DNA from: Candidatus Woesearchaeota archaeon
GTDB taxonomy: Archaea; Nanobdellota; Nanobdellia; Pacearchaeales; GW2011-AR1
Assembly (NCBI GenBank): GCA_964530955.1
Contig: CAZHCL010000001.1
Location: 4,630-68,629 of the forward strand
Direction of reading: 5' to 3'
DNA length: 64,000 bases
Shown in pieces: positions 28,424 through 37,441 of this stretch. The position numbers and the translations under genes are program-made. The notes beneath the pieces were generated by a model. The model had not been told where the DNA came from. It saw nothing but the letters and a program-made list of their open reading frames with translations, and ran no database searches. The first letter of the stretch is position 1. Every line of letters begins with the position of its first letter.

Positions 28424-29077
28424 TTAAGAAGATTCTTTTTTAAACAAACTTATTTTATTTGTTATAAGCACGTAAATACAAAGAAGGAATATTCCAAGTG
28501 CAAATGAACCTAGCACATCTGAGAACCAGTGAACATTTAAAATCAATCGTGAAACGCCTATGAGCAATACAAGTAAGGCTGCTAAGACAATCAATATTCT
28601 TTTGGCACTTCTAGACTTAATATGATGCTCAAATAAATAAACAAGAGTTCCAAAAAAGACAAGAGCCATCAAAGCATGACCGCTTGGGAAAGAAAAATCA
28701 GTTTCTGTTATAAGAGAATTGAGGGGTCTTGGCCTATGAACTAGTATCTTTATTCCTTGACTTATAATTGAAGTTATTATTGTTAATATAGTCAGAGAAA
28801 TCGCCTCTAATTTTCTCTTCTTGTAAAAAAGAAAACAAATTACTACTAAGAATAGGATTATAAAAATACTCGGCTCAAAAGAATAATGAATTATTTTCGA
28901 TATTTCAATAAAAAAGTTGTTTCTTATTTCAGGAATAGAAAGATTAATTTTTGTATCAAAATTGCTAAGCCATGAGTTCGAGAGACTTTGTAGAATTAAT
29001 ATAAAGGAAATTAATGATACAAATGAAATTAGGTAAATAACTTGTTTTTCTCCTGATGTCAACTCTTTTTCAATCAT
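28424..29077 (-). CDS. PAP2-family phosphatase (membrane)
   Basis: Canonical PSGH and SRLILNVHWFSD (SRx5Hx3D) motifs. Confidence 0.8.
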   Translation of the reverse strand: MIEKELTSGEKQVIYLISFVSLISFILILQSLSNSWLSNFDTKINLSIPEIRNNFFIEISKIIHYSFEPSIFIILFLVVICFLFYKKRKLEAISLTILTIITSIISQGIKILVHRPRPLNSLITETDFSFPSGHALMALVFFGTLVYLFEHHIKSRSAKRILIVLAALLVLLIGVSRLILNVHWFSDVLGSFALGIFLLCIYVLITNKISLFKKESS

Positions 29078-29118
29078 TTGAATTTATGGAACTATTATGT
29101 ATTTAAACTTTGACAGAA

Positions 29119-29340
29119 TTATTTCTTCTGAGTGAACTCAGTATAATGGCACTTGCCACAGTAAACTCTGTCCTTATGCTTTGCCAAAAATATGCCTGGT
29201 CCGCATCTTGGGCAAAATCCATTTCTGTTTGCTTTCTCACCATCTACTTTATAATGAGAATATTTCTTGCTTGTGGGCTTGTTCTTATGCGGCTTCTTTC
29301 CTTGCCTGTCTTTTCCTGTTCCGCCTGTTGTTGCTGCCAT
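29119..29340 (-). CDS. rps27ae: 30S ribosomal protein S27ae
   Basis: Lys-rich N-terminus, then the C4 zinc ribbon [25 protein letters not shown]. Confidence 0.7.
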   Translation of the reverse strand: MAATTGGTGKDRQGKKPHKNKPTSKKYSHYKVDGEKANRNGFCPRCGPGIFLAKHKDRVYCGKCHYTEFTQKK

Positions 29341-29622
29341 TTACTTTGCCCCTCCGGCTGCGGCATCTTTTTTAACTTTTTTCTTAGGTTCTATTAATTC
29401 CTTATCCTTCACTGAATCATATATAAAAGCGTCAATTAGAAATGTATTTCTTCCAAATTTGCTTTTAACTTCTTTTACTGCTATTGAATCTTCTGACGCC
29501 TTAAACTGGTCTGCAATCATCTTAATTGAATTCTGGAATCCTGGATTTGATGGAGATTCAACTACCACTTTTACTTCCCTTCTTTTTAGTAGACTATTTT
29601 TAAAATCGTTCATTGTTTTCAT
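29341..29622 (-). CDS. rps24e: 30S ribosomal protein S24e
   Basis: NSLLKRREVKVVVESP...IKMIADQFKA...FGRNTFLIDAFIYDS pattern of S24e; in the conserved S24e-S27ae pair. Confidence 0.8.
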   Translation of the reverse strand: MKTMNDFKNSLLKRREVKVVVESPSNPGFQNSIKMIADQFKASEDSIAVKEVKSKFGRNTFLIDAFIYDSVKDKELIEPKKKVKKDAAAGGAK

Positions 29623-29810
29623 CCTAGCTTTATCGCATAAGCGCCCTTGTCTTTAATTTTCAGATTTTTAGAGACTTCTGATTGGTCTGGATTAAGAACT
29701 ACTATCTTTCCTTTTGAATTTTCAGCTATTTCTTCTGAGCCACACTTAGAGCACTTCGTTCCCTCGGTGACTATACTTTTGCATTGCTTGCATGCTTTCT
29801 GAGGAGCCAT
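29619..29810 (-). CDS. spt4: transcription elongation factor Spt4 (RpoE'')
   Basis: 63 aa with a CKQC...CSKCGS zinc ribbon, directly downstream of rpoE'. Confidence 0.75.
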   Translation of the reverse strand: MAPQKACKQCKSIVTEGTKCSKCGSEEIAENSKGKIVVLNPDQSEVSKNLKIKDKGAYAIKLG

Positions 29811-30412
29811 TATTTCTTGCCCCCTTTCTTTTCGCCCTTTTCAGATTTCTTGGCTGCTGCCTTAGCTGCATGTTCTTTTTTCTTTTTATCTTCATTTATC
29901 CAGTCGACTTTTCCAAGTCCTGGCTGTCTCATTGTAAGACCTATTTTTGGCTCACCTGACTTATAACTTATCGCGACAATTCTAGCAAGGCATTCGTCAC
30001 CCTTTGAAATTACTCTCTTGCTTGCTTTTCCAGATAGTGTTCCAGTCTTGCTAAGAGAGACATAATCTTCCATTGTCTGAGAAATATGTATCATTCCCTG
30101 TGCAGGACCCATTTGGATAAATGCTCCAAAACTTGTTATTTCACTTATTGTTCCATAAACTAATTCATGTAATTCAGGTCTCCAAGTAAGAAGCTTGAAA
30201 ATTGACTTATAGAAAGGAGCCCCATCTCCTGGAATTATTATTCCATCATCGACTACTTGTGCAGATATCACTTTTACTACAAAGCCTAATTCTTTTGTGA
30301 CTTTCCCTACATAAGTCTCGTTCAACTGCTTTTCAACTGCTTCTTTTGTCTGAAGGCCAAAAAGCCTAGGCTCGACTCTTACATGATCTTCTACTTCTAA
30401 GATATAGAACAT
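29810..30412 (-). CDS. rpoE: DNA-directed RNA polymerase subunit E' (Rpb7 homologue) with S1 domain
   Basis: N-terminal Rpb7-like domain (MFYILEVEDHVRVEP), S1 fold (GTISEITSFGAFIQMG), Lys-rich tail. Confidence 0.85.
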   Translation of the reverse strand: MFYILEVEDHVRVEPRLFGLQTKEAVEKQLNETYVGKVTKELGFVVKVISAQVVDDGIIIPGDGAPFYKSIFKLLTWRPELHELVYGTISEITSFGAFIQMGPAQGMIHISQTMEDYVSLSKTGTLSGKASKRVISKGDECLARIVAISYKSGEPKIGLTMRQPGLGKVDWINEDKKKKEHAAKAAAKKSEKGEKKGGKK

Positions 30413-30475
30413 AGTCTCATGAGAAAAAATTGCTTTAAAAAGCTTTGCTTGAAATCAGAAAGGGCTTATTTTGGC

Positions 30476-31018
30476 CTATTTAATGTCAACAGACAATATG
30501 AAGATAGTGAGTATTATTAACGGTAGGGTAGAATGATAAAGATTCAAAATGTAGAAACCTAGAAAAGTTGATTCATAACCAAATAGTGCTAGAGCTAGAG
30601 CAGATATGGCGAATATAATTAAACCCAATAATTGAGTATAAACAAGTATTTTATTAAAAGAATGCACTTTTTTATTCTCCTTTCGGTCATTTATCTTGAA
30701 GAAAAAATAATTAATGAAAAACATGGCTATTACGGCGATGCCCCAAACAAACAAAGCAGGCACTTTTGAACTTGAAACAGGATTCAGCCCCACCATCGCC
30801 CCGATCTTGTACATTCCCATCTCAAGAGTTGTTAAGTCTCCCAGCCAAAGGCCTATAAGGAAAAAGAGGCCAAATATGGGGGCGAGAGGGTTAATCTTTA
30901 TATCTTTTATTTTCTTCTTTCTTTTAATCACGTAATAAATTGTTGACAATAGTAAAGCAAGAATTGTTAAAAATAGTAAATAAGTAAATATGCTGCTGGA
31001 ATCCATGTTTATGCTCAT
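30476..31018 (-). CDS. polytopic membrane protein
   Basis: Hydrophobic ORF. Confidence 0.4.
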   Translation of the reverse strand: MSINMDSSSIFTYLLFLTILALLLSTIYYVIKRKKKIKDIKINPLAPIFGLFFLIGLWLGDLTTLEMGMYKIGAMVGLNPVSSSKVPALFVWGIAVIAMFFINYFFFKINDRKENKKVHSFNKILVYTQLLGLIIFAISALALALFGYESTFLGFYILNLYHSTLPLIILTIFILSVDIK

Positions 31019-31293
31019 TTTATTGCCTTCCTATATACAAAATAGATAACGATAGTAATTATGACTGCAAAGATAAAAGTTAATGCTATTATTTGAATGT
31101 TTGAGAATGTTGACTCGGACATATTGAAAAACTTTTGCTGGACTCTGCCCAAAGAAAGAATTACAAAAGATATAGAATAAATAACTACTAGAATTAAAGA
31201 CTCAATTAACAACTCTTTATCTCTATTTTTCATCCTTTTTCTTGTAAATGGCAATCTTATCCTGTCTAAAAGAGATCCTTTTTTTATTTTCAC
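31015..31293 (-). CDS. small membrane protein
   Basis: Two TM segments. Confidence 0.35.
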   Translation of the reverse strand: MKIKKGSLLDRIRLPFTRKRMKNRDKELLIESLILVVIYSISFVILSLGRVQQKFFNMSESTFSNIQIIALTFIFAVIITIVIYFVYRKAIK

Positions 31294-31458
31294 ATCTATG
31301 AGTGGAATATCTTATATAAAAATCTATTTAAGAGATTAATCTGAGATTTTTCAGGAAAGCATAATTTTATAAATACCTCTTTCCACAAAAAAGTATAGAG
31401 AAAATGAATGCGATTGCATCAAGTTTTTTTCTTGAAGATGAAAGGAGTATAGAATTTA

Positions 31459-31797
31459 ATGGGAAAGAAATTGTATGTCGGAAATTTACCTTTTTCTGTA
31501 ACATCAGAGAAATTGAAAGAAATCTTTTCTGCTTATGGCGAAGTTGAAGCGGAAGTTATTTCATTCAAAGACACAGGCAAATCAAAGGGATTTGGTTTTG
31601 TAACTGTAGCTGATGACATTCAAGCTGAGAAAGCTAAGCAAGAAATGAACGGAAAGGAACTCGAAGGAAGGAAAGTGCTTGTTAATGAAGCAGCGCCTTT
31701 CGATCCGAATAAGCCAAGAAGACCTAGAAGAGATTTTGGGGATAGAAGATTTGGCGGCGGCGGACGAGGAAGATTCGACAGAAGAGACGACGATTAA
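31459..31797 (+). CDS. RRM-domain RNA-binding protein with RGG/Arg-Asp-rich tail
   Basis: RNP-2 LYVGNL and RNP-1 KGFGFVTV motifs; C-terminal RRPRRDFGDRRFGGGGRGRFDRRDDD. Confidence 0.8.
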   Translation: MGKKLYVGNLPFSVTSEKLKEIFSAYGEVEAEVISFKDTGKSKGFGFVTVADDIQAEKAKQEMNGKELEGRKVLVNEAAPFDPNKPRRPRRDFGDRRFGGGGRGRFDRRDDD

Positions 31798-31867
31798 GAA
31801 ATCGAGCTCTTCAAATAAGTTATTTTATTTTTTTATTTAACGTTTTGTTTTTTACTTGAAATGGCAG

Positions 31868-34800
31868 TCACAAGCCATAGACATATTCATTACAGAATTC
31901 ACAGTTCTTTTCTATTGGACAGGGAGAAAAGCCATTCTTGTAGCATTCCTGTATCTTTAATGCTATATCAATAATTTCCTTCTTGACTTCTTTTATATTA
32001 AATCCATCTATGAATTTTGATGAAGTACAAACAGCATTTCCGTCATTGTCTATTTCAAATTCTATTGGTCTTTCCTGCCTTAACATATCAAGAATTACTT
32101 TTCTAACTAGCCCGTACTTCTCCTCTGCAGCGAGAGCATAAAATCCTAGCTGCCAATTTCTCTCCTTGGGGCCTATATTTGACTTACCTGTTTTGTAATC
32201 AACTATCTGCGCCCCTCCATTTATAAAATCAATTCTGTCAGCAAAACCTATAAAATCTATTCCTCCAATTTTTAGGTTTAAGAATTGCTCCGTCTTGCTG
32301 TTTGAATCATATCTTCCTTTGTGCCTTTCAAAAAATACTCTCACCATTGTCTGCGCTTCGGAAAGTTCGACAGATTCCCATTCATCGTCAAGATTTAGCT
32401 CTTTAGCAAGCTGAAGGAATTCATCCAGAGAAGAAAAACCACTTTTTACTCCTTTTTCTAGAACGAGATGAACAAAAGAGCCGAGGCGCATAGCTTCCCA
32501 GGAAATTTTTTTTCTTTCAGGCATATTAAATACATATTTGTATTCGAATTCTTTCTGGCAGTTAGAGAAGAGAATTAATGCAGAAGGAGAAAGCCTTTTG
32601 TTTTCCTTCTTTTTTTCAACAACGCTATTTGAGCTTACAATCTCATTAAGGACTTCTGGAAAATTCTGATATTGCAAAGCCGTTGAAAATTCAGGAATGT
32701 TTTTTTCATTTTTTCTTTCTTCTTGAGTATATTTTTGGTCCAAATCCTTTTCGAATGAAAAATCTGTGTTTGATTTATAATTAACTTCATTAAGAAACTG
32801 CGAAGGTAAAAATTCCTTTCCAGAATATTCCTTTGAATAGGTGAAAACTAATTTTTCCTTTGCTCTTGTAAAAGAGACGTAGGCAAGCCTTCTCTCTTCC
32901 TGCATTTGGTGATGTTTTTCATAGCTGACAAGAAAATCTTTCTTTTCCTCATCACTAAATCTCTTTATTTCTTCCTTTATGTCTGGGAAAAGCTCTGTTG
33001 GTATAAGGCTGTTGTTCACATATCTTTCAATTGGAAATCTTCCCTGTGCCATGTTGGTTATAATTACCGTTCTAAATTCAAGTCCTTTAGTTGAATGGCA
33101 ACTCATTAGCCTTACCCCCTCTTCCTCAAGCTGTGCTGCATCAATTTCTATGTCTAAATCTTCAAGCACCTGAAGATAATACAAAAAATTGTAAAGATCG
33201 GAATCGTAAAGTTCTTCGTGAGACTTGGCTATTTCATAAAACTTTGAGAGATTTAGCATAATCTCTTTCTCCTCTATTGTTTTCTGTTCATTTGCAAGTC
33301 CAGATATTCTATAAACTTCCTGCAATAGAGCTGAGATGGGTTTATCTAGAAAACCAAGCATTAATTTTATTCTTTCAATCAAAATCTTGGCTGCTAATTT
33401 TCCATCATCACTTAAATCAATTTCCATTATATTATTAAAGAGATAAACTGAAGGAAGTTCTTTTCCATTTACTTCTTCAATTTCCAAAGAACCATTACCC
33501 TTATTTCTTGCGCGAGATTTTGAAAGAGATTTAATCATCTTTCCTATTTTTATTAAATCTTCCTGCTGGAAGTTTAACTGATAAGCTAAATCCCACCATG
33601 CCTGTTCACCCCCTTTTTCCTTTCTTTTTAGTTTGTTTAGAATAGTCAAGTAATCTACGACTGTCTTAACTGACTTTTGTTTGAGCAAAGAAGATTTTGA
33701 AACTGAATGGTATGGAATTCCTGCTTGTTCAAGAGCAATTTTTATTATTCTTCCATATTGATGTGCTCTAAACATTACACATATTTCCTCAAGTGGAACC
33801 TGATTTTGTTGCTCATGTTTTATTAATTCAACTACTTTTCTTGCTTCTTCCTGCGCATTTTTCATTTCATAAACTTTTATTTTTTCCCCTTCTAAATTAT
33901 GTGCATTTTCAACAAAGAATAAGTCTTCCTCGTTATCATAATTATTTGAAATTAATTTATGAGCTGCTTTTAATACAGTATTTGGAGAACGGTATGATTT
34001 TTTTAGATTAAATATATCTTTTTCTGAAACAGAGAATTGTTTTTTAAAATAAGAAAGATTGTCCTTATATGCTCCTCTGAATCTATATATGCTTTGATTT
34101 ATGTCTCCGACTATGGTGATATTTTTATGAGGGGCTAGTCTTGCTAGAAAATCAAGTTGTAACTTGTTTGTATCTTGGAATTCATCTACTATAATATAGT
34201 CAAAATTAACTGCAACTTCAGGGTTTTTGTCAAATAATGAAATGGCAAGAATGTTAAGGTCAGAATAGTCCAGATAGTTTCCTTTTGATTTTAATTTTTC
34301 ATAGGCATTCCAACAATTTGAGAACTTTTTCATCTCAATTATATCTTTAATATTTTTTATCTCCTTGACAAGTTCCTTTTTGTCTACTTTTGATTTACTC
34401 AAATGAATTGTTTGCAATTCGAAATTTAAATTTTCAAATCTTTTTTCTATATCTATTACTTCATATTTTTTCATTCTGTCAGAAATAAAATTCTGCATTT
34501 CGTTTAGAGTTATACCTAAATCTTTTGCTGAGCCTATTGCTGAAATATACCTGTGGCAGTTAATGGGGTTTATTTTTAGGTTTCTGTGCAAAACTACTTT
34601 AGCCTGGTCGGGATCAAGAATTTTAAATTCTTTTGATATTCCTATTTCCGAACCATATTTTCTAAGCAAATCAGCTGAAAATCCGTGAAAAGTTCTTATA
34701 ATTGCTGAACTCTGGCCAACAATCTTGCTCACTCTTAATGAAAGGTTGTTTGCTGCCTCGTTTGAAAAGGTTATACAAACTATTTTTTCAGGTGGATATA

Positions 34801-34915
34801 TTTTATTCTCGATGAGATATTTTATTTTTTCAACAATAGTATAGGTTTTTCCTGTACCTGCCCCAGCAAGAATAACACATGGACCCGTTGTCTTTTTAAT
34901 CGCCTCTGAATTCAT
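31868..34915 (-). CDS. UvrD/PcrA-type SF1 helicase fused to a C-terminal Cas4/RecB-like PD-(D/E)XK nuclease with a 4-Cys cluster
   Basis: Walker A AGAGTGKTYT at the N-terminus, UvrD motifs (VDEFQDTN, helicase C-terminal motifs). C-terminal IVDYKTGK nuclease motif and C...C...CxxC (CPIEKNCEFC). Confidence 0.8.
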   Translation of the reverse strand: MNSEAIKKTTGPCVILAGAGTGKTYTIVEKIKYLIENKIYPPEKIVCITFSNEAANNLSLRVSKIVGQSSAIIRTFHGFSADLLRKYGSEIGISKEFKILDPDQAKVVLHRNLKINPINCHRYISAIGSAKDLGITLNEMQNFISDRMKKYEVIDIEKRFENLNFELQTIHLSKSKVDKKELVKEIKNIKDIIEMKKFSNCWNAYEKLKSKGNYLDYSDLNILAISLFDKNPEVAVNFDYIIVDEFQDTNKLQLDFLARLAPHKNITIVGDINQSIYRFRGAYKDNLSYFKKQFSVSEKDIFNLKKSYRSPNTVLKAAHKLISNNYDNEEDLFFVENAHNLEGEKIKVYEMKNAQEEARKVVELIKHEQQNQVPLEEICVMFRAHQYGRIIKIALEQAGIPYHSVSKSSLLKQKSVKTVVDYLTILNKLKRKEKGGEQAWWDLAYQLNFQQEDLIKIGKMIKSLSKSRARNKGNGSLEIEEVNGKELPSVYLFNNIMEIDLSDDGKLAAKILIERIKLMLGFLDKPISALLQEVYRISGLANEQKTIEEKEIMLNLSKFYEIAKSHEELYDSDLYNFLYYLQVLEDLDIEIDAAQLEEEGVRLMSCHSTKGLEFRTVIITNMAQGRFPIERYVNNSLIPTELFPDIKEEIKRFSDEEKKDFLVSYEKHHQMQEERRLAYVSFTRAKEKLVFTYSKEYSGKEFLPSQFLNEVNYKSNTDFSFEKDLDQKYTQEERKNEKNIPEFSTALQYQNFPEVLNEIVSSNSVVEKKKENKRLSPSALILFSNCQKEFEYKYVFNMPERKKISWEAMRLGSFVHLVLEKGVKSGFSSLDEFLQLAKELNLDDEWESVELSEAQTMVRVFFERHKGRYDSNSKTEQFLNLKIGGIDFIGFADRIDFINGGAQIVDYKTGKSNIGPKERNWQLGFYALAAEEKYGLVRKVILDMLRQERPIEFEIDNDGNAVCTSSKFIDGFNIKEVKKEIIDIALKIQECYKNGFSPCPIEKNCEFCNEYVYGL

Positions 34916-34955
34916 CTAATTTTACAATAGAAGGGATATTAAAAGATTATGTAAA

Positions 34956-35348
34956 TTAGAAAGATGTAAAATTATAATCCTCATGTAATTTATCAACTAT
35001 TTTTCTACTTATATCTGAGAGAGGATATTGCTGGCTTTCATTATAATTAATCCAAGTAACATCATCTATTTCTGCAGATGGACTTTTTAACTCCCCATTT
35101 AATGAGCAAAAATAAACTCTTGCTTCTAAAATATCTCCTTTGTGTGGAGTTTTTCCCCTAAAAGTAGAATAAAATCTTTGTATCTTTATCTTTGTCCCAG
35201 AAAGTTCTTCCATTACTTCTCTTTCCAGACAACCACTATCTTTTTCTCCTTCTTCGGGCTTACCTCCAGGAAGAATCCACACTTCTCTTTTCTTTACTAC
35301 TAGAAGTCTACCAGAATTAATTATTGCTGCGTTTACAGCAGTTCTCAT
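34956..35348 (-). CDS. NUDIX hydrolase
   Basis: Nudix box LPGGKPEEGEKDSGCLEREVMEELSG. Confidence 0.8.
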   Translation of the reverse strand: MRTAVNAAIINSGRLLVVKKREVWILPGGKPEEGEKDSGCLEREVMEELSGTKIKIQRFYSTFRGKTPHKGDILEARVYFCSLNGELKSPSAEIDDVTWINYNESQQYPLSDISRKIVDKLHEDYNFTSF

Positions 35349-36554
35349 TTACAAAACTTCTCCGTAGCCGATTAAACGCCAGTGATTATTTATATTTCTT
35401 GCAATGCCTACATTTTCTCCTTTGCTAGGAACAATAGGTATTTTCAAAGACAATTCAATATCATTCTTACTTATTTTTTTTAACACGCCGACGGTCATAG
35501 AGGTGTTTATGCTTAACATTAACATTTCAGAAGCTTTCAAAGGGTCTACTTTTTTAGCGCCTAGCTGAGTGAATATTTCAGGAAAAAGAGTATATTTTAG
35601 TTTTATCGATTGGGTTATCTCTGGAAGCTTTCCAGTATAGGAAGCTACACATCCCGCAAGTGCGTCTGACTTTCCTAAGGACATATCAAGAGTAGTTTCA
35701 ATTGAAACGCTTCCCCCGGGAGTTAAAGACTGAACTTCCTTTGAGCCATTAAATAATTTTAGAATTTTTGCCTTTACTGTCTTGTAATGATATTGATTAG
35801 CTTCTTTTATTACTCTTCCAGGCTTTATCTCTATTTCATCCCCTATATTGAGTTTGCCTTGCTTTAGGGTTCCGCCTAATACTGCTCCGTGAAGTTTATC
35901 AGGAGTTGTTCCAGGTTTGTTAATATCGAAACTTCTTGCAATAAGGAAAAGAGGATTTCCTGATAAGTTTCTTTCTGGTATTGGAATTTCCATTATGGCC
36001 TGGTATATTTCATTAATGTTTACTTCCTGTTGTGCTGAAACTGGAATTATTGGAGCTGAGTCATATCTTCCCTTAAGAAGTTCTTTTATTTCAGAATAGT
36101 TTTTCTTTGCTTGAGCAGAATCAACAAGATCAATTTTATTTTGCACAACAATAAGATTCTTAATTTTCTTTGCCTGTAAAGCCATCAAATGTTCCCTAGT
36201 CTGAGGCTTTATTCCTTCATTTGCTGCAACAACTAATATTGCAGCATCGATTATAGCGGCTCCGCTTAACATGGTAGCCATAAGCATTTCATGACCTGGA
36301 GAATCAACAAAAGAAACATGTCTGACTGGAGTGCCTTTTTTCTCTCGGTTATAACTACCATCAGAATCCTTGCAAAGAGTTATATCTGCATATCCTAATT
36401 TTATTGTAATTCCTCTTTTCAACTCTTCTGAATGTGTATCTGTCCATTTTCCGCTGAGTTTGTAAAGAAGAGTTGTTTTCCCATGGTCAATATGCCCTAC
36501 TATTCCAACATTTAATGTTTCAAGTTCAGGTAATTCATTAGTAATCTTATTCAT
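35349..36554 (-). CDS. eif2g: translation initiation factor aIF2 gamma subunit
   Basis: GTPase G1 GHIDHGKTT; zinc knuckle absent or degenerate; EF-Tu-like domains; 401 aa. Confidence 0.9.
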   Translation of the reverse strand: MNKITNELPELETLNVGIVGHIDHGKTTLLYKLSGKWTDTHSEELKRGITIKLGYADITLCKDSDGSYNREKKGTPVRHVSFVDSPGHEMLMATMLSGAAIIDAAILVVAANEGIKPQTREHLMALQAKKIKNLIVVQNKIDLVDSAQAKKNYSEIKELLKGRYDSAPIIPVSAQQEVNINEIYQAIMEIPIPERNLSGNPLFLIARSFDINKPGTTPDKLHGAVLGGTLKQGKLNIGDEIEIKPGRVIKEANQYHYKTVKAKILKLFNGSKEVQSLTPGGSVSIETTLDMSLGKSDALAGCVASYTGKLPEITQSIKLKYTLFPEIFTQLGAKKVDPLKASEMLMLSINTSMTVGVLKKISKNDIELSLKIPIVPSKGENVGIARNINNHWRLIGYGEVL

Positions 36555-36589
36555 ATAAACTCGTAGAATAAAGGTTTTTTAAAGATATC

Positions 36590-37018
36590 TTAAGCTGCTG
36601 CCGGCTCTGCGGGCTTGGCTTCTTTTTTCTTCTTTTCCTTAGGCTTGTTTTGCTCAGGGAAAACCTCTGTGAGTGATTTTGAACCTGATTTTACAATAGA
36701 AAGGTTAATCTGAGAAGTTGCTTGGGAAAGAACTTTTCCTCTCACTGTCTTTCTAAGTCTAATTCCTTCACGTGCATCGTGCATTCCCCAGCCTTTTGTT
36801 AATAGTAGTCCTTTAAGTCCAAGACCTTCAACATCGTTTGAATGTGGAAAACCAGCAGAATCGCTAGCTCCAGTTATTTCAAGCTCATAACCTTCAAGTT
36901 CAGGCTTTATATCTTTTCCAGATATCTTATCACCTATGCTCTTTCCCATAAGTGATTCTGACTCTGTTTCAACTTTCCAGGCTTTTCCTTTCTCTGATAT
37001 GTTCAATTTGAATGGCAT
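36590..37018 (-). CDS. rps6e: 30S ribosomal protein S6e
   Basis: MPFKLNISEKGKAWKVE...GFPHSNDVEG...LLLTKGWGMHD matches S6e; conserved aIF2gamma-S6e neighbourhood. Confidence 0.85.
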   Translation of the reverse strand: MPFKLNISEKGKAWKVETESESLMGKSIGDKISGKDIKPELEGYELEITGASDSAGFPHSNDVEGLGLKGLLLTKGWGMHDAREGIRLRKTVRGKVLSQATSQINLSIVKSGSKSLTEVFPEQNKPKEKKKKEAKPAEPAAA

Positions 37019-37123
37019 ATCTTTTCTTAAGAAATTGGCTTTTTAAACGTATCTTTGATTAAAATTTATCTGTAATAATTAAGGTTTACAAAGATTTATA
37101 AGCCAGAATTAAAGGCTTATTTT

Positions 37124-37441
37124 ATGAAAGATAGTTCAGATAGTAGAATAGAAGAAATGATTAGAGTAACGAAAAGACTTTTTTATGAACAGATGGGTGT
37201 AGAATGGATGCAAGAACAAGTTACACATAAGGGCCTTAGTCGTATTATTGACATGGGATATATTGCGATAATATTAGGGACACCTTTCGCGGCGTATCAT
37301 GATATAAGACAGATACATCCTTCGCATTCAAGTCATTCTCAAGTTATCAGAACTGCCGAAATAAGAAAAGAAAGCAGCAAAACAGCAGAGGTATATCATT
37401 TGCCAAACAAGGCAGATTATGCGATAAATGAAAAGCGTTAA
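37124..37441 (+). CDS. hypothetical protein (weak call)
   Basis: ORF only; no support beyond length. Confidence 0.25.
   Translation: MKDSSDSRIEEMIRVTKRLFYEQMGVEWMQEQVTHKGLSRIIDMGYIAIILGTPFAAYHDIRQIHPSHSSHSQVIRTAEIRKESSKTAEVYHLPNKADYAINEKR

Noticed and set aside
37124-37441. 105-aa ORF between S6e and aIF5B
   Set aside because: Kept only as a low-confidence CDS. There is no motif, and it may be a spurious frame in a short spacer.
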